Source: Acaryochloridaceae cyanobacterium RU_4_10
Lineage (GTDB): Bacteria; Cyanobacteriota; Cyanobacteriia; Thermosynechococcales; Thermosynechococcaceae
Direction: 5' to 3'
DNA length: 43,161 nucleotides
Assembly (NCBI GenBank): GCA_012032135.1
Contig: JAAURS010000001.1
Coordinates: forward strand, 1 to 43,161
Shown here: positions 39,890 through 43,161 of the stretch, one piece after another
Position numbering within the stretch: position 1 is the stretch's first letter
How the letters are laid out: every line of letters begins with the position of its first letter
Position numbers and translations under genes: made by a program
Notes under the pieces: generated by a model
Database searches by the model: none
Told to the model about the DNA's origin: nothing
Seen by the model: the letters and a program-made list of their open reading frames with translations, nothing else

Positions 39890-41122
39890 ATGGGCGGATC
39901 TTCTACTGAATTAAACGTTTTATCACCTCAATCTGGCGTTTGGGATGTTCCGATCGCAGCCTACATCCACATCCCATTCTGTCGGCGGCGCTGTTTTTAT
40001 TGTGATTTTCCGGTGTCGGTGATTGGCGATCGCCTGCGGGGAGAAACGTCTCTCAGCATTCAACGGTATGTGAACTGGATCTGTCAGGAAATTAGGGCAA
40101 CTCCCAGTCAGGGGGAACCATTGGCCACTGTTTTTTTTGGCGGGGGCACTCCTTCTTTGCTGGCGGCGGAACAGGTTTGGCAAATTCTGGAAACTTTAGC
40201 GGAGCGATTTGGGTTATCGGATTCTCCAGAAATTTCAATGGAGATGGATCCAGGCACGTTTACTTTGGAGCACGTTCGAGACTATCGGCAAGCAGGGGTA
40301 AATCGCGTAAGTCTGGGGGCGCAGGCATTTCAGGATGGATTGTTGCATGATTGTGGGCGTACCCATCAGGTGGTGGATATTTATGAGGCGATCGATCGCA
40401 TCCGTCAAGCTAACATTGAAAACTTCAGTTTGGATTTAATTTCGGGGTTACCTCATCAAACGCTGGAGCAGTGGCGAGATTCTTTGGCAAAGGCGATCGC
40501 ACTCAACCCCAATCATGTTTCGGCCTATGACTTGGTGTTGGAACCGGGGACGGTTTTCGGGAAGCGGTTTGCGGTGGGGGAAACGCCGCTGCCGACGGAT
40601 GATTTGGCGGCTCAGATGTATGGTTTGGCTTCGGAGACTTTACGCGGTGCGGGATATGGGCATTATGAGATTTCTAATTATGCAAAGCCTGGGTTTGAGT
40701 GCCAGCACAATTTAGTCTACTGGCGCAATGGTTCTTACTATGGGTTTGGGATGGGGGCGGCAAGTTATGTCCAGGGCCAACGCTTCAGTCGGCCCCGCAA
40801 TCGCGATGCCTATGCTGATTGGCTGCAAGGCTATGTTGCTCACGAAGGACGGCTTGATGAACCCATGACTTCGGAGAGCGATCGCCTGTTTGAAACGTTC
40901 ATGTTGGGGCTGCGGCGATCGGGCGGGGTCGATTTGGCTGTGTTGGAGGAGAGTTTTGGTTGCGATCGGATTGAGAGGGTGAAGGGGGCGCTGAAGAACT
41001 ATGAGGATCGAGGATGGGTCATATTCTCTGCGGATGGCCGAATGCGCTTGAGCGATCCTGATGGGTTTTTGTTTTCAAATTCGGTTTTAGTGGCTTTGTG
41101 GGAATTTCTATGTTGTAGTTAA
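39890..41122 (+). CDS. hemW: Radical SAM heme chaperone HemW
   Basis: YIHIPFCRRRCFYCDF, FFGGGTPS, HYEISNY, HNLVYW. Confidence 0.92.
   Translation: MGGSSTELNVLSPQSGVWDVPIAAYIHIPFCRRRCFYCDFPVSVIGDRLRGETSLSIQRYVNWICQEIRATPSQGEPLATVFFGGGTPSLLAAEQVWQILETLAERFGLSDSPEISMEMDPGTFTLEHVRDYRQAGVNRVSLGAQAFQDGLLHDCGRTHQVVDIYEAIDRIRQANIENFSLDLISGLPHQTLEQWRDSLAKAIALNPNHVSAYDLVLEPGTVFGKRFAVGETPLPTDDLAAQMYGLASETLRGAGYGHYEISNYAKPGFECQHNLVYWRNGSYYGFGMGAASYVQGQRFSRPRNRDAYADWLQGYVAHEGRLDEPMTSESDRLFETFMLGLRRSGGVDLAVLEESFGCDRIERVKGALKNYEDRGWVIFSADGRMRLSDPDGFLFSNSVLVALWEFLCCS
40878..40971 (+). repeat. Copy 1 of 94-bp HIP1-bounded direct repeat (inside hemW)
   Basis: 87/94 identical to 41671-41764. Confidence 0.92.
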
Positions 41123-41161
41123 ATCGCATAAGACAGAAGTTCAGTCTCTAGTGAATAATCA

Positions 41162-41332
41162 TTAGGGAGTGAAGATTTTAATCAAGTAAAGGTAACTGAC
41201 GGTTGAAGCTGAAATATAGCCTTCGATCTGCTGCCGATAAGCAATTGATAGGATTTTCTGGCTTTCTGCGTAAAACGGCTGCCGCTCAAGCGCAACATCC
41301 ACAATTATATTTGTGTCGATGAGCGTTTTCAA
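41162..41332 (-). pseudogene. 3'-truncated PIN domain toxin
   Basis: TTG start, KTLIDTNIIVDVALERQPF...GYISASTV..LY, ending at ~56 aa. Confidence 0.75.
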
Positions 41333-41619
41333 AGGTTGTGTTTCTCCTTCAAACGCTCCCATTTAGCTCGATCGGCATCAAAGTCTGATGGAGCCTGCTC
41401 TGTCTTTTCTAGCCAAGCTTTCAGACTTGGAATATCGCATTCAACTGTTCTTTTGGGCTTGAAGAATGAAACCTCATGCTCTGGAGAAATACTAGTTTCT
41501 GGCATAGATTCTGAGGACCAAACAATCACTTCCACATTCCCAGGCGGAATAGTAATGGGCTCGCTGATGACTAGGTGCCCAGAATCATCAATGGTTCCTT
41601 TGAGTTTGTGAGCTTGCAT
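41329..41619 (-). CDS. Putative antitoxin of the truncated PIN
   Basis: MQAHKLKGTIDDSGHLVI.EP...PPGNVEVIV...AKWE.LKEKHNL, overlapping the PIN start. Confidence 0.7.
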   Translation of the reverse strand: MQAHKLKGTIDDSGHLVISEPITIPPGNVEVIVWSSESMPETSISPEHEVSFFKPKRTVECDIPSLKAWLEKTEQAPSDFDADRAKWERLKEKHNL

Positions 41620-41670
41620 GGGTATTTTACGAATTTGGCCATTCTGATTCTAGTCAATCGTCAAACAAAT

Positions 41671-41764
41671 GCGATCGCCTATTTGCAACGTTCATGTTGG
41701 GGTTACGACGATCGGGCGGGGTCAATCTGGCTGTGTTGGAGGAGAGTTTTGGTTGCGATCGGAT
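41671..41764 (+). pseudogene. Relic copy of a hemW segment (copy 2 of 94-bp repeat)
   Basis: Starts exactly at GCGATCGC and ends at GCGATCGGAT. Encodes DRLFATFMLGLRRSGGVNLAVLEESFGCDR. Confidence 0.9.
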
Positions 41765-42211
41765 GTTCCCTTGTTTGTAGATTTGGAGGCAGCGGCAGCA
41801 ACAGTCCGATGTCTATTTCTCTGGGGAGCAACGGTATTGGCTGGTTGGTTACCCAAAGACTTAAAAGGAACCAAATTTTTAGCTGTAGGAGACGGAGAAA
41901 GATAGGCTTGGAGAGCTAATTCAACTAGGGAATTGAGAGAAGCATCCTCACGTTCAGCCTGAGCCGTCGCAAGCCGATGAAGCTCTGGGGAGATGCGAAG
42001 ATTGAAACGACCCGAGAAAGCTTTTCAGGTCTTTGCCCATCACCGCGCAATCGTCAAGGTATTCATCAATTACTGCGTGGAAAGACTGCTCCAATTCATC
42101 CACAGAATCCCCATCAAAAGCAATTACATCACGGGTGTTAATGACACGCCCCACAAATAGGCGATCGACCTCATCAAATTCAACGACTGCTTGATACCCT
42201 TTGTACATCAT
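41722..42211 (-). CDS. hicB: HicB antitoxin, frameshifted at ~42025, with a long C-terminal tail
   Basis: MMYKGY...F.G.SV.ELE..F...IDEYL, then out of frame FSGRFNLRISPELHR.A...A...SLN, reading on to TGA at 41722. Confidence 0.8.
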
Positions 42212-42462
42212 GGTTCGATTCCCGCATTCAGTAAAAAACCACAGACAGCTTTGACCTGATAGCGCTTTAATTCCTTTTGAGGGTGAGGAGAATGAATATT
42301 GAGAGACACCCCATTAAGGTCAAAACGCACTCTAGAGCCATCCCCTTGAAGGACCGTTCCGCCTAATCCCTTTATCAGGGAAACAACATCGTCCCAGACA
42401 ATATTGCGGAGAATAGGCTCAGTGAAAATAGCGCCAAGTGTTTTACGCTGCTTGCGATTCAT
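42208..42462 (-). CDS. hicA: HicA toxin
   Basis: MNRKQRKTL.AIF..P, GDGSRVRF.L, HSPHPQKELKRYQV. Confidence 0.9.
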   Translation of the reverse strand: MNRKQRKTLGAIFTEPILRNIVWDDVVSLIKGLGGTVLQGDGSRVRFDLNGVSLNIHSPHPQKELKRYQVKAVCGFLLNAGIEP

Positions 42463-42562
42463 GATTATATTGTACTACTTTGGTACCAAAAATAGTACTA
42501 ATATGAGATGGCTTGATTCATTTCCTATGGGTTGCATTGGTCAGCAGTCAGGGCGATCGCCT

Positions 42563-42728
42563 TTCAACAGCCCAAGCCCCCACAAGACTTGGAAGGTTAA
42601 CCCTTAAACCTAGGGCTGAAACCCAATATTCTCGTTGCAAAAGTTGAAATACCCATCCTCTAGGACCCTAATTTGGCAAGGCTTTCAAAATAACCTTCTA
42701 AGTCGTGACTTTATTTCGGGCAGTTGGG
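42563..42728. repeat. Degenerate MITE-like inverted-repeat element between two HIP1 sites
   Basis: Left CAACAGCCC...GACTTGGAAGGTTA versus right (reverse complement) CAACTGCCC...GACTTAGAAGGTTA. Confidence 0.4.
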
Positions 42729-42755
42729 TTAGCTGATTTTCTGCTTTGCGATCGC

Positions 42756-42970
42756 CTAACCCACAGCACCAACAATCCCCTGGCCTATTTGCTTCAAAAT
42801 CTGCAAAGCGCCGTAGAGTTCTTGCTTTGAGGTAAACGGTGCAAACACCCGAGATAGAGCGTAGTATCGATTTTCTTTCTGCACCAATTTTACAAACAGA
42901 ATTTCATCTCTATTCGTCACCATGCCAAAACTCGACTTCTCAGGGTGAGGATTTGCCATCATATATGCTA
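42756..42970 (-). pseudogene. 3' half of a cyanobacterial restriction-endonuclease-fold (HsdR N-like) gene, disrupted by an IS
   Basis: LAYMMANP......FGMVTN.DE.LFVKL...YALSRVF...LQILKQIG. The 5' half is replaced by IS630-like sequence. Confidence 0.6.
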
Positions 42971-43161
42971 GTAGTCCACCAAAGGAACTCTGCCTAGTTC
43001 AAGGATGTAAGAACAGGGTATAAGTTTTCTAGCTTAATACGTGCATCTGTACTTAAAAAGCACCAATTTTACGGTGGCTTTTTGGTCATTACGCTGATCT
43101 TGCCAAACGCTGATTTCATTGGCCAACTCCTGCTGAGTTGCAATTCGTCGGTCAAGACACT
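42969..43161 (-). mobile_element. IS630-family element, right end with transposase C-terminus (42994-43161, frameshifted)
   Basis: CLDRRIATQQELANEISVWQDQRNDQKATV..W.F.STDARIKLENLYP matches the IS630 C-terminus pattern. The end ...GTGGACTACTAG lies at a CTAG/TA site. Confidence 0.8.

Overview
Cyanobacterial chromosomal window: the HIP1 octamer GCGATCGC is frequent, and fbp-tal-zwf-opcA and a Pap-type slr0144-slr0152-like cluster are present. Housekeeping genes (amino-acid ABC binding proteins, msrB/msrA, mscS, murJ, selO, oxidative pentose phosphate operon, tRNA-Thr, PIN/TRAM, hemW) are interleaved with about 9 toxin-antitoxin modules or relics and several gene fragments. The main finding is a likely amyloid-signalling innate-immunity pair. 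An 879-aa NB-ARC/TPR (NLR-like) protein has an N-terminal 24-aa G/N/Q/V-rich motif that matches at 17/24 residues the C-terminal motif of the adjacent 144-aa Bell-like helical protein. The NLR also ends in an unusual hydrophobic membrane-anchor-like tail. The pair lies in a ~5.5-kb islet between msrB and msrA that is bracketed by a degenerate duplicate of the msrB 3' end. A second HIP1-bounded duplication (hemW 3' part) brackets another TA cassette, suggesting cassette acquisition at gene 3' ends with HIP1 junctions. A divergent TPR-J-GrpE-Hsp70 operon sits behind tRNA-Thr. Many housekeeping genes carry 1-nt frameshifts, mostly in homopolymers, which are probably assembly errors. All family assignments come from motif recognition by eye, not database searches.
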